Part shown: one piece after another, positions 37,675-50,698 of the stretch
Position numbering within the stretch: position 1 is the stretch's first letter
How the letters are laid out: each line of letters starts with the position of its first letter
Origin: Moniliella sp. 'wahieum'
Lineage: Eukaryota
Direction: 5' to 3'
DNA: 64,000 nt
Assembly: GCA_003971905.1 (NCBI GenBank)
Contig: RSEE01000015.1
Span: 248,001 to 312,000 of the forward strand
Program-made: the position numbers and the translations under genes
Notes under the pieces: generated by a model
Database searches by the model: none
The model's input: the letters and a program-made list of their open reading frames with translations, nothing else
Told to the model about the DNA's origin: nothing

Positions 37675-40600
37675 ATGCCCACACGTTTGACTGCTCATGA
37701 GATGCACCATCTGGGCTCCCCCCATGGTGCTGTGCGCTCCCAACGGGGCGTCACTCTCATGCCACCGTCACGTCCGCTTCGGTCAGCGCGGTCGCGCCTA
37801 GCCGCACGAACGCTTCATACATCGATATTTCCCAGGCTTCTGGGACGTCGGAGCGCAGATCCACTGCTCAGCCTTTGCACCCATGTCAGCCTGCCGCAGG
37901 TGTCATGCTCCCAACGACCGTCAACGACAACGCTGCATCATTATCATCGACCTTTTCTTCTTCGTCCTATGACAAAACGCCGTCCCGACGCCCATATGTG
38001 CAGTTTGGCTCCTATGTTCTTCTTCACACCCTTGGTGAAGGCCAGTTTGGTAAGGTCAAGCTTGGTGTTCGTATCCCTCATGGAGGTGAGGTCGCTGTCA
38101 AGCTCATACATCGCACGGATTCCTCCAACGAGGCCAAGTGGAGTAGGGTGACGAAAGAGACGGACTTGCTTAAAAACTCCAACATCCCAACATTGTTGGG
38201 CTTTTGAGGTGATCCAAAGTGAACGGTACATGGGCATCGTGCTCGAATACGCCTCTGGGGGCGAGTTGTTCGATTACATTCTTTCCCAACACTACCTCCG
38301 TGAGCCGGAAGCGCGCCGCATTTTTGCTCAGCTCGTGTCGGCGGTGTGGTACATGCATACCAAGGGCGTTGTCCACCGTGATCTCAAGTTGGAGAACGTG
38401 CTCCTTGATCGACACCGCAACATTCTTGTTACCGACTTTGGCTTTGCCGGCTTGCTGGCCAAGGGCAGATTTATGAACACCTCCTGTGGCTCACCTTGCT
38501 ATGCTGCGCCGGAGCTGGTCGTTCATGATCAGGCGTATGACGCACCCACTGGTAGATGTATGGTCCTGCGGCGTTATCTTGTGCGTATTTGCATATGTCT
38601 TCTGCCGTTTTCCCAAAGCCCGACTGACAAAATGTCTTTTCAGTATGCGATGCTCTCGGGTTATTTGCCTTTTGATGACGACCCCACGAATCCTGATGGA
38701 TCTAACATCCACCAGCTGTACAAGTACATTATGCGCACACCTCTCTCATTCCCGGATCATTGCCCGCAGAACCTCGTGTCTTCTGGTATCAATGCTCACG
38801 CCAGATCCGCCGAAGCGATTGACCGTAAACCAGATCATGAGCCACTCTTGGCTTCACCGTTACGAGGATTTATTCAAATTCACCGTCGACCAGCTCGAAC
38901 AAGCAGCCCTGGCCCCAGCAAACTCGTCGTCAGACTTTCTCCCGTGCTCACAGCCCCACGGTTTCGCACTTGCTATCGCCTATCAAGACACTTCGGCGAC
39001 CAAAAACTCTCAACCAGACGCCCCACCTCTACTCTCTACGATATTGTCGTTTACCGCACCATCGCCCAACACGCTGGAGAGACCGTTTCCGCATCGGGTG
39101 TTGGACACGGTTCATCTGAGCTGGACGATCGAGAAGTGACAATCCCCGACTTCTCTTCGGTACCTCGCTCCGATCAAAATCGGCACACGCTGCCAAACCT
39201 GGACTCTCCCGTAGCTCCACACCACGTTACTCTCTGCTACTCCTTCTGTCACCGAAGGAAACGTATCTTCTGTGATCCCTGATGGGGCCGCACGAGTAGT
39301 GTTGTCCCCGTCTGGGCTACTGCGCTCATCACCGCACCTGATACCACCTCAGCCAGGTCCCCCACCGCTTTTGCCTCCACCGCAGCAACCTATTTCTCCG
39401 CTTCCCAGTCGATGGCGACGAAGCATCCGCGGCATCACCGTCTTTCTTCCGCTCCGTCCAGTACAGGCAGATAGTAACTGCATTACCCCGCCGTCTAACT
39501 CGGTCGATCATGCTACTCATCAAAACCGAGCCTCACCCCACCGTCGCAGCATCGCACCAGGTGCCGAAGGTCGAAGATGCGTTGGAACACAATTCAGCCC
39601 TGTTGTTCCTGTCCACAGTTGGCTTCGGGATACCGTCTGCTCCTCCCACCGCTGGTCTCTGCCCTTCTTGACCGAAGTACTTGTCCCACTGGAAGCAAGC
39701 CCCTACCCCAGTCCCCTCCTCCCGATCCGAGTTCCGTTACATCTCCACCCCCCGCCTCCAATTCTGAACGAGAGACGACGTCGCGAACTCCAATTCCAGC
39801 TCGGACTGGATCATGGAGTCCATCAAAGGGGCACAAGGGGCGGGAAGGGATGATTAACTATGCCCATGTTTCTCCGGAGTTCGCCCGTACAGGAGGCGTC
39901 CCCCCCGCTCAACAGTCCAACATCGCTCCATCATCATGAACAGAGTCCAGACCGCATCCTTGTTTCTCGTATTTCGAACAACCCCACAACTCACGATACT
40001 TTGGTTGCACCGGAGCGAAAGGACAGGGGGAAATCGGTAACGATTGTGGCTGCTTCGGACAATCCTTGGTCCGATTCCCAACGGTTCGACGCCGTATCAC
40101 GGCCCAACCTATCTTTCACTCTGCCGTCGGTCTTGACCGAGAGAGCAAAGACACAGTCCCTCCCGGTTTCGGCCACGGTAGCGCCACTCTTCCCGCCATG
40201 GGGGGTCGTCCGCGCAGCAGATCGAACCTCGATCGCATCAAGGCACTCTTTTCCCCCCTCTTGCATCATGAGCATCATCGCCCTTCCAAATCGGGCCACC
40301 CCAGGAGCCAGTCCATCCTATTCTCCCATCGTTACCACTGGTTCTGACTTGCTCTCACGTTCAACTCGGGTCTTGCTGCTTCACCGGCGCACAATCTGAC
40401 CTCAAGGCTCGCACCTGGACCTCACTGGTCAAGGGCAAAGTAACCGGAAGCAAACAAAACAGTACGAAAACCAGCATCTTGCATTCGACGGCCGCTTTCT
40501 CTACTCGGACCGACCTTCCTCAGTCACCCACTCAGGGCCCTTCCAAGTCTACTCGCACCTCCACCCGTGGCTGGCTCAAGCATCTGGTTCATCACCATGA

Positions 40601-41037
40601 AGACGAAGGAACAATCGCGATTCTCTCGCCCCCCATGGGCCTAGCATTGTCACCCGGCCTCGTGCTAGTACGTGGCGGCTACCTTCGCTCGGTCGGGGCA
40701 TCATCACTTCCCTCCCGCACACGCATCTTTGTTCGCCGTATCACCCTTCTCGTGGCTCCTCCCCGGCTCCGTCGAGCTCGATCACGACACGCAATCAGAC
40801 AGTGTCGACCGAAGAGACACGACCCAGTTCCATGGAGAGCAAGCTACGTGCGCACGAAGGGAAGCTCAAAGAGGAGCATTGTGTTCGTTGCCACTACCGG
40901 AGCTGGTAGAGCGCGTGGCACGTGCTTTGGATGAGATGGGGCCGAGGTGCACTGTCCTGAACCGTATGTGTGGGCGTGTCGATGGCGCGACCCATACGAT
41001 CGCATCCAGTTTCGGCATTAGTCGTGTTTGCCCTTGA
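37675..41037 (+). CDS. Kin4/Ppk1-like (AMPK-related CAMKL) Ser/Thr kinase with a long low-complexity tail; ends uncertain, frameshifted
   Basis: Kinase motifs are 'TLGEGQFGKVKLG', 'VAVK', 'IVLEYASGGELFDYIL', 'HRDLKLENVLLD', 'DFG' and 'TSCGSPCYAAPELVV'. The Kin4-family signature is 'GYLPFDDDPTNPDGSNIHQLYKYI'. Confidence 0.88.
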
Positions 41038-41660
41038 AGTGTTCCGCGTTACCAAATTCCTGGCTGATGAGTGTGGATATGAAGCACTTGGCTGGCGACA
41101 AGGACGCGTTTGCCTCTGCACAACAAATTTTCTACGTTCGGTGCGATTTGGCCTCTCCTCCGCCATGATTGTTGTTGCGATCTTTTGCTTGCTTGGCAGC
41201 TTGTTAATAGCTTGCTTTTGCCTTGATGATTCGATGCTTGCGGCTATATTTCCCTTGATTTCCCACTACGACCGGTTCACCTCTTTCGGTCATTTTGTAC
41301 CATCCTCTTTTCCTGTACCCAGACGGGCTTCTGCGGCGCTTCTGCTATGTGGCCCATCCACTCGGACGCCTCATTCCCGGTTTCCACCGACCTCTAGTAC
41401 CCCATTCTCATCCGCACCTCTCCCAAGCCCCCCTCATCTCTCTGTACTTCCCCTGCGCATACATTTAGGCCGAACTTGCTTCATCTTCCGCTTAGTATAT
41501 ACCTCCTGTTCCTCCCTTCCTTCCTACTGGTGTCTGTCGTTCCACTTATTTTTCAACTGCCATATGCAATAGTGCATGATGTTTCTCTTTGACCTGTTCG
41601 ACTGGTGCAGTAGAGCGTGTATAATAGCATCGAAAAGCGAATCCCATCAGTTTGGACAGC

Positions 41661-41675
41661 TGTGTGTGTGTGTGT
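41661..41675. repeat. (TG)7 microsatellite
   Basis: Read directly from the sequence. Confidence 0.8.
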
Positions 41676-41956
41676 CTCACCACTCTCGCTTCGCAAGCGT
41701 TCTCGATGACCATCTTGAGTCGAACCACCTCTTCAGCTTGGAATTGATCTAGAATGGGCTCTTCCCACCCTTTTCGAATCGAAAAACACGCCCCACATGC
41801 CGTATATCATCCCAACTACATATCCATCCTCATCGATGCATCACACAATAATGGCGCTCCCCCACATCCATCGAATCACCTTATTCGCAACAATATTAAT
41901 GCGTTCGGTTATAGGCGAGGCAGAGCAGCATTTGACTTGCGTCTTGTGATGTATCG

Positions 41957-42978
41957 TCAAGCCGCCTTCTGGTGCTGCTCATTGCCCGCTATGCGACCCA
42001 GCTGCATTTTACGCGAAATAATCGCATCACGCCAAGACCAAGGCAAAATGTGAGCAACCAAACCAAAGAGCTCATGGGACCGACGAAAAGTAGGCCCCAT
42101 TGTTGAACAAGCGCATGATGCTCCAGGGGCTCAGGCGACCGCCCAACGCTCCGACTTCTCCATATGGATACGCAACGCCTTGGCGAATGCCGCCGAGGGC
42201 ATCGGTGGGTGTGGGTGACTGGCTGAACATGGCGCGGGCTTGCACCAGATTCCAAACGTGGGCAAAGCGGCTGCCTTGGCTTGAGCTCACGGACGCCGAG
42301 CCATTGACTCCGAACTGCGACTGGATCTTTCCCGGCGCAACAACTTGAACACGGATGCCAAATGGCGCCAGTTCCATCCGCAGCGTGTCAGAGTATGAGT
42401 GGATGGCAGCTGCAATCGAGGGGAGGGAGAGATGGGTGAGCATAAGATGGTTCTGTGGAGAAGTGAGCCATTGGGGAGAGATAGGACACCTTTGGAAGAG
42501 TTGTAGGCGGAACTCCATGGCATTGGCTGAGCCCCGACGGTAGATCCAATGTTGACAATCAACCCCGCCTTCGAACGGTTTGCCCTAGCGTAATCGATCA
42601 TGGGCCCAGCCACAGCTTGGGTGACCCGAATCACGCCAAAGACGTTCACATCGTAGGTGGCCTGGAAGTTTTCAAGACTCACTTCGGCCGCTGGCCCCCA
42701 GCACATTCACACCTGCATTGTTGATCAGATGTCAATGCGGCCGGCCTGTTGCAATACTTGTTTGACCGCCGTTTGCACGCTTTCGTCCGACGTCACGTCC
42801 AGTGCCAACTTGGTGATGCCATCCGGCAGCCCGTCCATCTTGGACACTGAGCGCGTGGAGGCGAAGACCCAGTAATTTGCCAGTACTATGCAGCCTGGGC
42901 CACGGCGTAGCCCATGCCGCCAGCGGAGCACCCGGTAATGAGGACAACACGCTTGTCTGCTGTGGGGGTGGTAGACAT
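41957..42978 (-). CDS. Short-chain dehydrogenase/reductase, AYR1-like; spliced, frameshifted
   Basis: The start reads 'MSTTPTADKRVVLITG'. Further motifs are 'LALDVTSDESV', 'GRIDI..NNAG', 'YDVNVFG', 'IVNIGS', the catalytic 'YNSSK' and 'YSDTLRMELAPFGIRVQVVAPG'. Confidence 0.88.
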
Positions 42979-43332
42979 GGTGCGTTGGTGGGGCGCAAGA
43001 GACCGGTTGAATGCGGAGACAACACAGACGTGCGGGGCTTAGATATTATGTCAGCGAGTAGTATCGATCTGCCCGCCTCAATCTCAGGCCTCGATGATCG
43101 ATGATCTGCCCTGGCTCGAGAAGGCAATTAGCAGGCAACAGCTCCCGTCCATCCGCCTGGTCGACCTGATAAGCCTTGTCCACTTGACCAGTCCAATGGG
43201 GGCCTGGAAGCTTAATGGCAACGTCTGGCGGCCATCTCGGTCGCTCGCCTATTGCTGCCCGCTCACATGCCCACAATCTGCCCTACTCAGGTGCCTACCC
43301 CTCGTGTGCGAGGACATGGGCCACGAGAAGCT

Positions 43333-46300
43333 TTACACACCAACAAGTATTTCTAAGCCAACCGAGGCTGCCTGGGCTTTATTATACGCTAACCTCCTCC
43401 TCACGTCTCTCCTCCCCTCTTCCTTCCTCTCTCCCTCCTCCTCCTGCACCTCCTCTTCGTCCCCGGACCCTGGGGGAAGTCGGTCCCAAGTAGAGCTCCG
43501 TCCGTAGTATAGCCGCAGACGAGTAGGTGGAGGTACGTTAGGACGTGCTGCTGGACGTGCTCGTATGCTGGGCCTCGGAGCACTGTCGTCGTTATTCGAC
43601 CCTCAGCCTCGTTCTCGCACCCGGCCGACTTGACCACTAACCACGGTCGGCCTTCGTACTCAACGGCCGGAAGGAGACAACATCCAAGCGCGACCTCTCG
43701 ACCCGTGGCATAGCATGCATGGGCGGGAAGGACGCAATCACTGCGCGGTCGTTGGTACAGACCAGCTTGAGCACGTGCTTGCTCGTTGGGCCAATATAGC
43801 GCACACAGATCCCATCGGCCAAGTCCCACAATTTGGTCGTTTCCGTCGTTGCCCGCCGAAACGAGCCAACGGCATCGTCCGACTCTGGTTGTAACACCAA
43901 TACTCCTCATCGACGGTCCCCTCTGCGGGCGGGTTCAACCCGACCCCCGCTGTGCCTCTCTCGCCGCGCGGCGGTCGCTGACTCGCCCGCCGGCGAGCCA
44001 TGTAGTGTTGAGGAATGAACCCACGAGCGAGGCCAGGCACAAATTGGAGCGACGTGACGCTGTTGTCGTGTGCACAGAGACGGTGGATGCAGGAACTTGT
44101 CCAGATCATACACCAGAACTCGCCCGTCGCTTGCGCCTGTGACAACCATGTTACCGCGAATGGTAACTACGCTCACCAACGAAGTGTGGCCCCTCAGTAC
44201 ACACAAAGGTCGACTGGCACAAAGTTAGTAAACCTGGATGGTACAACCTCTGAACAGAACCACGTACCCATTCACTGCATCCCATACGCGCACTGAAGTG
44301 TCAAGAGAGCCGGTTACGATCGTACCGCGACGGAAGGCGATGCAGTACACCTGCTGAGTGTGCCCTTGAAGCGTGTGAAGGCACGCTCCCGTCTCCGCAT
44401 TCCAAATGCGGACGTTGCTGTCGTACGAACCCGTGGCAAACAAGGGTTCCTTCGGTCCTTCGTCCGGGTTAAAAGGGATCGTTGGCCCACTGGATGTTAC
44501 CTCGCAGTCCTCCGACACGGCAATGCAACGGATGGACTCTTGGTGCCCGCGGAAGGTGTGGATGAGCAAACCGCTACGCAAATCCCACAATCGTGCTTCC
44601 CGGTCTCGACTCCCCGAGACGGCCATCACACGGCCACGGACATGAAGTAGGGAGACGCAACGACAGTAGCAGTATGACCACGGAGAACATGAACCGGCTG
44701 TCCCGTGTTAGATCCCATACGATAACCGTCCGATCACATCCGCCTGAAACAAGCAACGGCTTGTTGGCCAATGACTTTTCGAGTTCCATCGCCTTCTCAG
44801 CCCTGCGCGCGCCAAGGACGCGATCGACGATTCTTGTATGATGGGCGGGGCATTGGGCAAGCCCTGCGTGTTGCGAGCGGCCAAGCACGCTGCTCTCTCC
44901 GTCTCTACGGCGGCATCAAACACTGACGGGGCCAGTCCAATCGCGTCGCAGCAAGCGTGGCACCCTCTTTCCTGCGAGGATTGTCATAGTCAATGTAGTG
45001 GCGGTCCAGCTTCCAGATGGGTTTCCCTCCAGTGCGTCCTGAGCCGCGGCTGCTGGGGCCGGCGGATGAACGAGGCCGCTTCGCGGCTGGGTGGGCCAAG
45101 TAGGTTCGAGCAGTTTTTGTTCAATGCTACGGTACACTTGCAAAAGGGCGCGCTGTGCGCCAGTCAATCCTTTGAGCCATGGCACTGCCTCCCACTCGTT
45201 TGGATCCAGTAGCCAAGGGTTGGTACGGCTCGAGGTATGCCTCGGGACGGGAATCGCATGCTGTCAAGACCATGTTGGTAGTTGGGATCCTTTCGCGTGG
45301 GGGTTGTTCAGTGAATCCTGACGACAGTAAACAGGCCAGGAGGGGACCAGAGCCAAACACCATACTCCACTTGTGTTCATGCAGCGTCTTGCAGCAGTCC
45401 CGTCCGAGTATCGATGATGTGGATCGCGCTGTTGCCCATGCCTAGGACGATTCGATCGTCGTCCGCCACCATGTCGGTAATCAAGACCTCAGGATAAAGA
45501 TAATGTTGAGAAAGAAGGCGTCCGCCCTGATCGAGCCACGCCCGTGTCACCTCATATGGAGTACAAGAGCCTCGCGAGGGTGCGATGCTGGGACTCTCGT
45601 TGCATCTCGCCCCTCAAGAGGTAGTGACAACTACATTGTCCAACGGGTTGTGAGAGTACGAGCAGTCCTCCTGGAGATCGAGACAAGATACCGTGACTTG
45701 ATTTCCGTCGTATGCAGTCTTCTCCATTACTACACAACCTTGGCCACCAGTGTGCCTCCTCCCACTACACATATGGGTAGGAGCCGCATCCCCTGGCAAG
45801 TTAGTTGCACCAGACCATTTTGCACCTGCGGCATGAGGTCCGCCGACAACTTGGGCACCGGGATTCCAGCCTCATCGCGGGGTGCATCCACATGGGTCGA
45901 CAGGAATGACTGGGTGTCAAGCATGTTTCCTGATGCAGGGCCTAAATCGGCGTAAGAACAAAGAGACTCGATCAGCTTGGCGCGCGTCGCAGGTTCGGCC
46001 ACAACACCTTCCCCAAGGGACGACTTGAAGACGCGATGCGTGGCAAAGGGAGGAATGCCTCGCCGCTGGGCTGATTCAGCGCGGACGATACCTTCGAGCG
46101 AATCGAGAAGAGACATGCCAATTTGGGATTCAGTAGGGACGAAGGCGAGTACGGAGTGCACGATCAAGGTACCCAAGCTCCTTGGTCAGGAGGTGCAACG
46201 CTCGATCATCACTGCCGATCGAAACGCCCGTGGCCAGATAACGGCATTGCAGACTTCCGAGAACATTGAGCACTTCCCTATATGCAACGTTCGGGTCAAT

Positions 46301-47198
46301 GTTTTGATCTTGAACTGAAGTGGAAGGATTAGGTGCAGACTGACGCGGGCGCTTACGCGGTCTGGGGCCGACGTCGTCAGCATGGGTCCGGCGGCGACGG
46401 CCAAGCGTGGGCACCGATCTGGATCCCAGGTCGTCGATGACGATGACATCCAAGTCATCTCATCGCGGAGACGCGGTGCAGTGAGTGCGGGCCGAGGAGG
46501 GGGAGGGGTAACATGGCGACGCGAGCTGTCTACGCCAATACCCACCATTCGAGCGAGGCTACGGCCCGAGGTGAGCATAGGGGCGATGACGGAGGTACGG
46601 TAAAGCCCAGGCGTGGGCAAGGGTACGTGAGACGGCAGGAGTGCTGGCAAAACGGTGCCAGGTGCGACTGACACGGGCAGCGCGGGCGAGGGTGCGTGGG
46701 TGATCGATAACTCGAAGATTCGGATGCCGACTTCGGGAGGTAAGACAGCAAGCGGATCGCAGCGGACAGCGTGGATACGGGCGCGAGCGGCATCAGCAAC
46801 ACCAGGAAGCTGAATAATATCCCCAGGAGGGAGCTGGGCACGGGAGGGTGCGCAGTCGCGTGCATTAGCGTCGGAAGATGGCGAAGGGCGAGAGCGGCGA
46901 GTGACTCAGCTGGTCGGAGGGGAGAGAGGCGACGATGAGGGGCATGTAGGTGGTGAGGGTACATCGTGTTCGGGAAGGGGGGAGAGGGAGGCGGGCTGAA
47001 GATGTGTTGGATGCGCCCGAGACTGCGGTGGGCTCTGCGGAGGCAGGGCCCGGGGGGCGAGGCAGCTGGGACAGGTGGCACGGGCGGTGGCAGGCGGGAG
47101 AAGGGCAGAGGACGGGCGCAGCGTGGATGCGCATGGGGAGCATGCTCGTCGGCGTCCTTGGCGCGCGGCTCATTGACAGGCGTGCCGAGGCGGCTCAT
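43333..47198 (-). CDS. WD40-repeat protein (repeats resemble Cdc4/Fbxw7); boundaries approximate, frameshifted
   Basis: WD repeats include 'LLVSGGCDRTVIVWD', 'AVSGSRDREARLWD', 'GHQESIRC', 'TGSYDSNVRIWN', 'GHTQQVYC..VTGSLDTSVRVWD', 'GHTSLV..VTGASDGRVLVYD' and 'LVSAGNDG'. The N-terminal region is unassigned. Confidence 0.8.
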
Positions 47199-47985
47199 CT
47201 CGACGGGCACGCGGGGGCCAGCCGAGGAGGAGGCGTGGTGGTGTAGGGGGAGGTGCGGCTAAGCGAACGAGTGGCTCCCCACATCACTATCTGCGCCGGC
47301 CCACCGCATCACCCGTCGATGACGTCACCGGCCGACTCTGCGCGGCGCACGGGTGGGGCCTTAGCGCCCTTGGCTAACACCCAACCTTCAGCCGATTCGC
47401 ACTCGGCTGCTCAGCAGACCCCTTCGCCATCTCTACTGCGGTGTCCCCGAGCTGTCCATCGTCTGGAGGGTTTGGGTAAGCAGCGTGCCCACCCTTCTCT
47501 TTCGCTGCCCGCCCGTTCTACAACGCCGCGCGGACGCCCCGGACGGGCAGACTTCCCCGGAACCCCCCCCCTGCCGTTGTGGAATGCATGTCGGTGAGCT
47601 GTTAACTGTACGCGTTAACCCCCAGGCTGTCTCCTCCAATCTGTTGTTGAGCACTTCGAGCACGTCGCCACATAACCAGCATAACCCTTCCTCGATCCTC
47701 TTAGACGCCGTGAACTTTTGGCCCCCCGGGCTGTCACCCCGAACCAGATACCCCGAACCGGACACCCGTACTGGAAACACCCCAGCTCCCGACACACGTC
47801 CCTCGCCTTACCACACCCCACACCCCACAGCCATCAACATCTCCCTACTTCTGTCCGGTCTCTAGGGAAGTTGAATGCAGAAAGCTGCGCAGCTACCACA
47901 ACTGGTCCATCGTAAGACTATTACAGATTGAGGCACCGCAACGGCTGCGACCCCTTCGATTCAAACACGAGTCCTGCTTTTCAGA

Positions 47986-48599
47986 TTACAGGTCCGACTT
48001 GGCGTGCGCAAACTTGAGGGCATCTGCACGCGCACCCTTAATGTCCACAGCTCCACTAGTCCAGCCAAGAAAACAAAATAAGCGTCAGCGGCGCCAAGGC
48101 TTTCGTACCTCGCAGTACCATGCCGGCAAGCAGGGTGTAGTCCAACGAACGTACCATCAAACACCAGGGTGGCCCCAGGAGGGATTTTGGCCCCCGCGCC
48201 CATTTTGCCATAGCCCAAAGCGGGCGGGATGGTGAGCTTGCGCTTTTCGCCAATGCACATGTCTGTCAGGCCTTGATCCCATCCTTTGATCTGCCAAAAA
48301 GGGTTAGCAAAGACAAAGCCCGGCCCGGGTAGGTACCGCAAATTGGAAATAGCACACACCACTTGGCCTTGGCCCAGCACAAATTCAAAGGGCCACGTCC
48401 GACAGAAGAATCAAACTGCTCGCCTTCCCACAAACGGCCCGTGTACTCCATCTCGACCCGGTCGCCGTGACAGTCTTGACGAGGCACTCCTCCGCTGGCA
48501 CGCGCTTTTTTGATGCCGATTCGGAGCGATGAGGCGGCCTGCTGCCATAGCCAGCCCAGCAGCAACGAGGAGGACAGAGGAAAGAGAAAGCAGCTTCAT
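47986..48599 (-). CDS. FPR2: ER-type FKBP peptidyl-prolyl isomerase (FKBP2/Fpr2)
   Basis: The signal peptide reads [11 protein letters not shown]. Motifs are '[21 protein letters not shown]', '[33 protein letters not shown]' (intron 48291-48359) and '[10 protein letters not shown]'. The C-terminus appears to be '...AKSDL*'. Confidence 0.92.
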
Positions 48600-50180
48600 G
48601 GTGGCAGAGGGTGTGGCGAAGGCGGATTACGCGGTTACGATGATGGTATGCAGACAGTAAGGCCCTCTCGTGTCCTTTTCTTCTCCATGACAGCAACTTG
48701 ACATGAGTGCCACGTGGAAGAAGCAATGTGCTTGTACAGCCCGCGTTTCCCGAGATTCCACGTTTCATCACTATGTAACACGAGCGGCAAATAAAAAAAT
48801 GCCTCCTAGCCGAATCGAACGACTAATCTTCGCATACGAGTGCGACGCCTTACCATTGAGCCAAAGAGGCGTTAGTCTCCAAGTTCTCAAGCAGAACTAA
48901 TGTGTCTTGCCATATATCACTGAGCGGGCCAATGACAATATTCGCCGAGCAGCGGATCCAGCAACTACATTGTATATATATGTTGGTGGGTCGGGCCAGC
49001 AACACTTTCGCCTTGCCATTACCTGCACCGGTGCCCACCAACCAAGCGCAAGGAGTGGTGCCGACGTATCACAGCGCAAAGGACCAGCCACCACCAACCA
49101 CGATGGGTACAAAGTGCTGGCTGACATGGTGTATTCTATGCTATATGATCTTGTTGACTGGTGTCCCTGCCGATAATGCGACCGACCTCGAACCCAAAAA
49201 CTAAGAAGATGTAACGCAAGACTCCTATCAATGACCATTTCCACAAGGGCTGTGACGAGACGTCCAAGGGTTTCGCCGAGGCATACCGCGTCCCTCGTAA
49301 CAATATCATCCGGGCTGATTACGACAAGGATACCCGGCAAGAAGACTCAAGTCTACCGATGAGGTCGGACCAACTGAGGCTAAACCGAGATCTGGCAAGT
49401 GTCCTTCTCTCTCGTTTCCTTCGATACCGCTGCGGGGAACCTGACTCTGTTTTTCTCCTATTTGGTGGAGATAGTAAATTCAACGAGCCAAAGATTAGGC
49501 GGCATAGTGCGCAAGGAGAAAATGAAGGACGCTGTAGGCGAGCCTAAGGGCGATAATACTATAAGCTTACTTCATCTGTGCAAGATGGAGAAGGTAGCAA
49601 CCAGGCAGATCAGACCACGATTGAGATGGGAAGGAACAACGAAAGACGCTCACCTCTGTGAACAAAAACCGGGAAAAATTGACCGCGCTGCGAAAGGAGC
49701 GAGCAAGAAGCTGAATAAGAACAAATAATTGTGGCCCTAACCGAAAAACGAAAGAGCAGCATCTGTGCTTTGTCGGAGCTGAGCTTTCCTGCGAAAGTGG
49801 GGATTCCTAGACCCAAAAGTTCGAGAAGAAAAGGCGGGGGAGAAGCTGGGGATCTATCTCTCAAGCTCGAGTCGTTTGCGGTCGAATTGCTACATGCGAT
49901 TGGAGGAATTTACCCACAAGAGCAACGGGTGGATTAGGACTCATAAGAACAGCTTTTTACACAAGCGAGATGGGTACATGAAATGTATTCTTACCCCTGC
50001 CCCTGCAAATGGTCTGGATTCGGGACGCCACTTTCTTCCCTTTAAATTGACCTGACTGTTTCTGGCTTGCAAGTTCGTATGTTGGGACGGCATCACATTT
50101 TGAGCATGTGGGCCTGACGGCCACATTTCTGCCCATTATTAAGATTGATGGAAATGAGCGCAAGAAAGGAACACTTGGTT

Positions 50181-50698
50181 TTACCCGAGCTTGCCCTGGC
50201 TGGCAAGTTCGACAAGTGGCAGAGTGGTCTGCCACCAACCGGTAATCAAGAGCCCCAAAAGGCCATGCACAATGCAGGACAATCGCTCTGGGGAAAAGCT
50301 GAAGCTCTCGGCAGTTCACCAAACGAGACGGGATGAAAAACGCGGGGCAGTGTAAAGAACAGCAGACATGCCGGTGTGGTAGAGCAGGAGAGCGATGGCC
50401 AGAGCGCGTTTCCGGAAGGTAGTCGGGCACAGTGGAGCACAGAGCCGAAGCGAGGCAGAGAGCAATGATGGCCAGCGACCAAAGCTGTATTGGGCATGTC
50501 AGTGGGGATGGTCCGGGGGAGGGGAAGGGGGGGGGGGTACAAACCTTGATAAAAACGATGGCGGTTGGTGACTTCGATCAAAGGCAGGAGGTGGGTGGCA
50601 AAGAGGCCGATAAGAGCGAGGGGCGCATCAAGGGCAACACCAACCAGGAAGACGGCGTTGAAGGGGGAGATGAGGGGGACGGAGCGCTGCTCGGACAT
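50181..50698 (-). CDS. Small multi-pass membrane protein of unknown function
   Basis: The start reads MSEQRSVPLISPFNAVFLVGVALDAPLALIGLF. An intron lies at 50485-50544 (GTTTGT..CTGAC..CAG). It continues, allowing indels, 'LWSLAIIALCLASALCSTVPDYLP..KRALAIALLLYH..HGLLGLLITGWWQTTL..KLG*'. It resembles a conserved basidiomycete hypothetical from memory; this was not searched. Confidence 0.7.

Noticed and set aside
43333..47198. Naming the WD40 gene CDC4
   Set aside because: The WD repeats are Cdc4-like, but I could not identify an F-box upstream, so no symbol was given.
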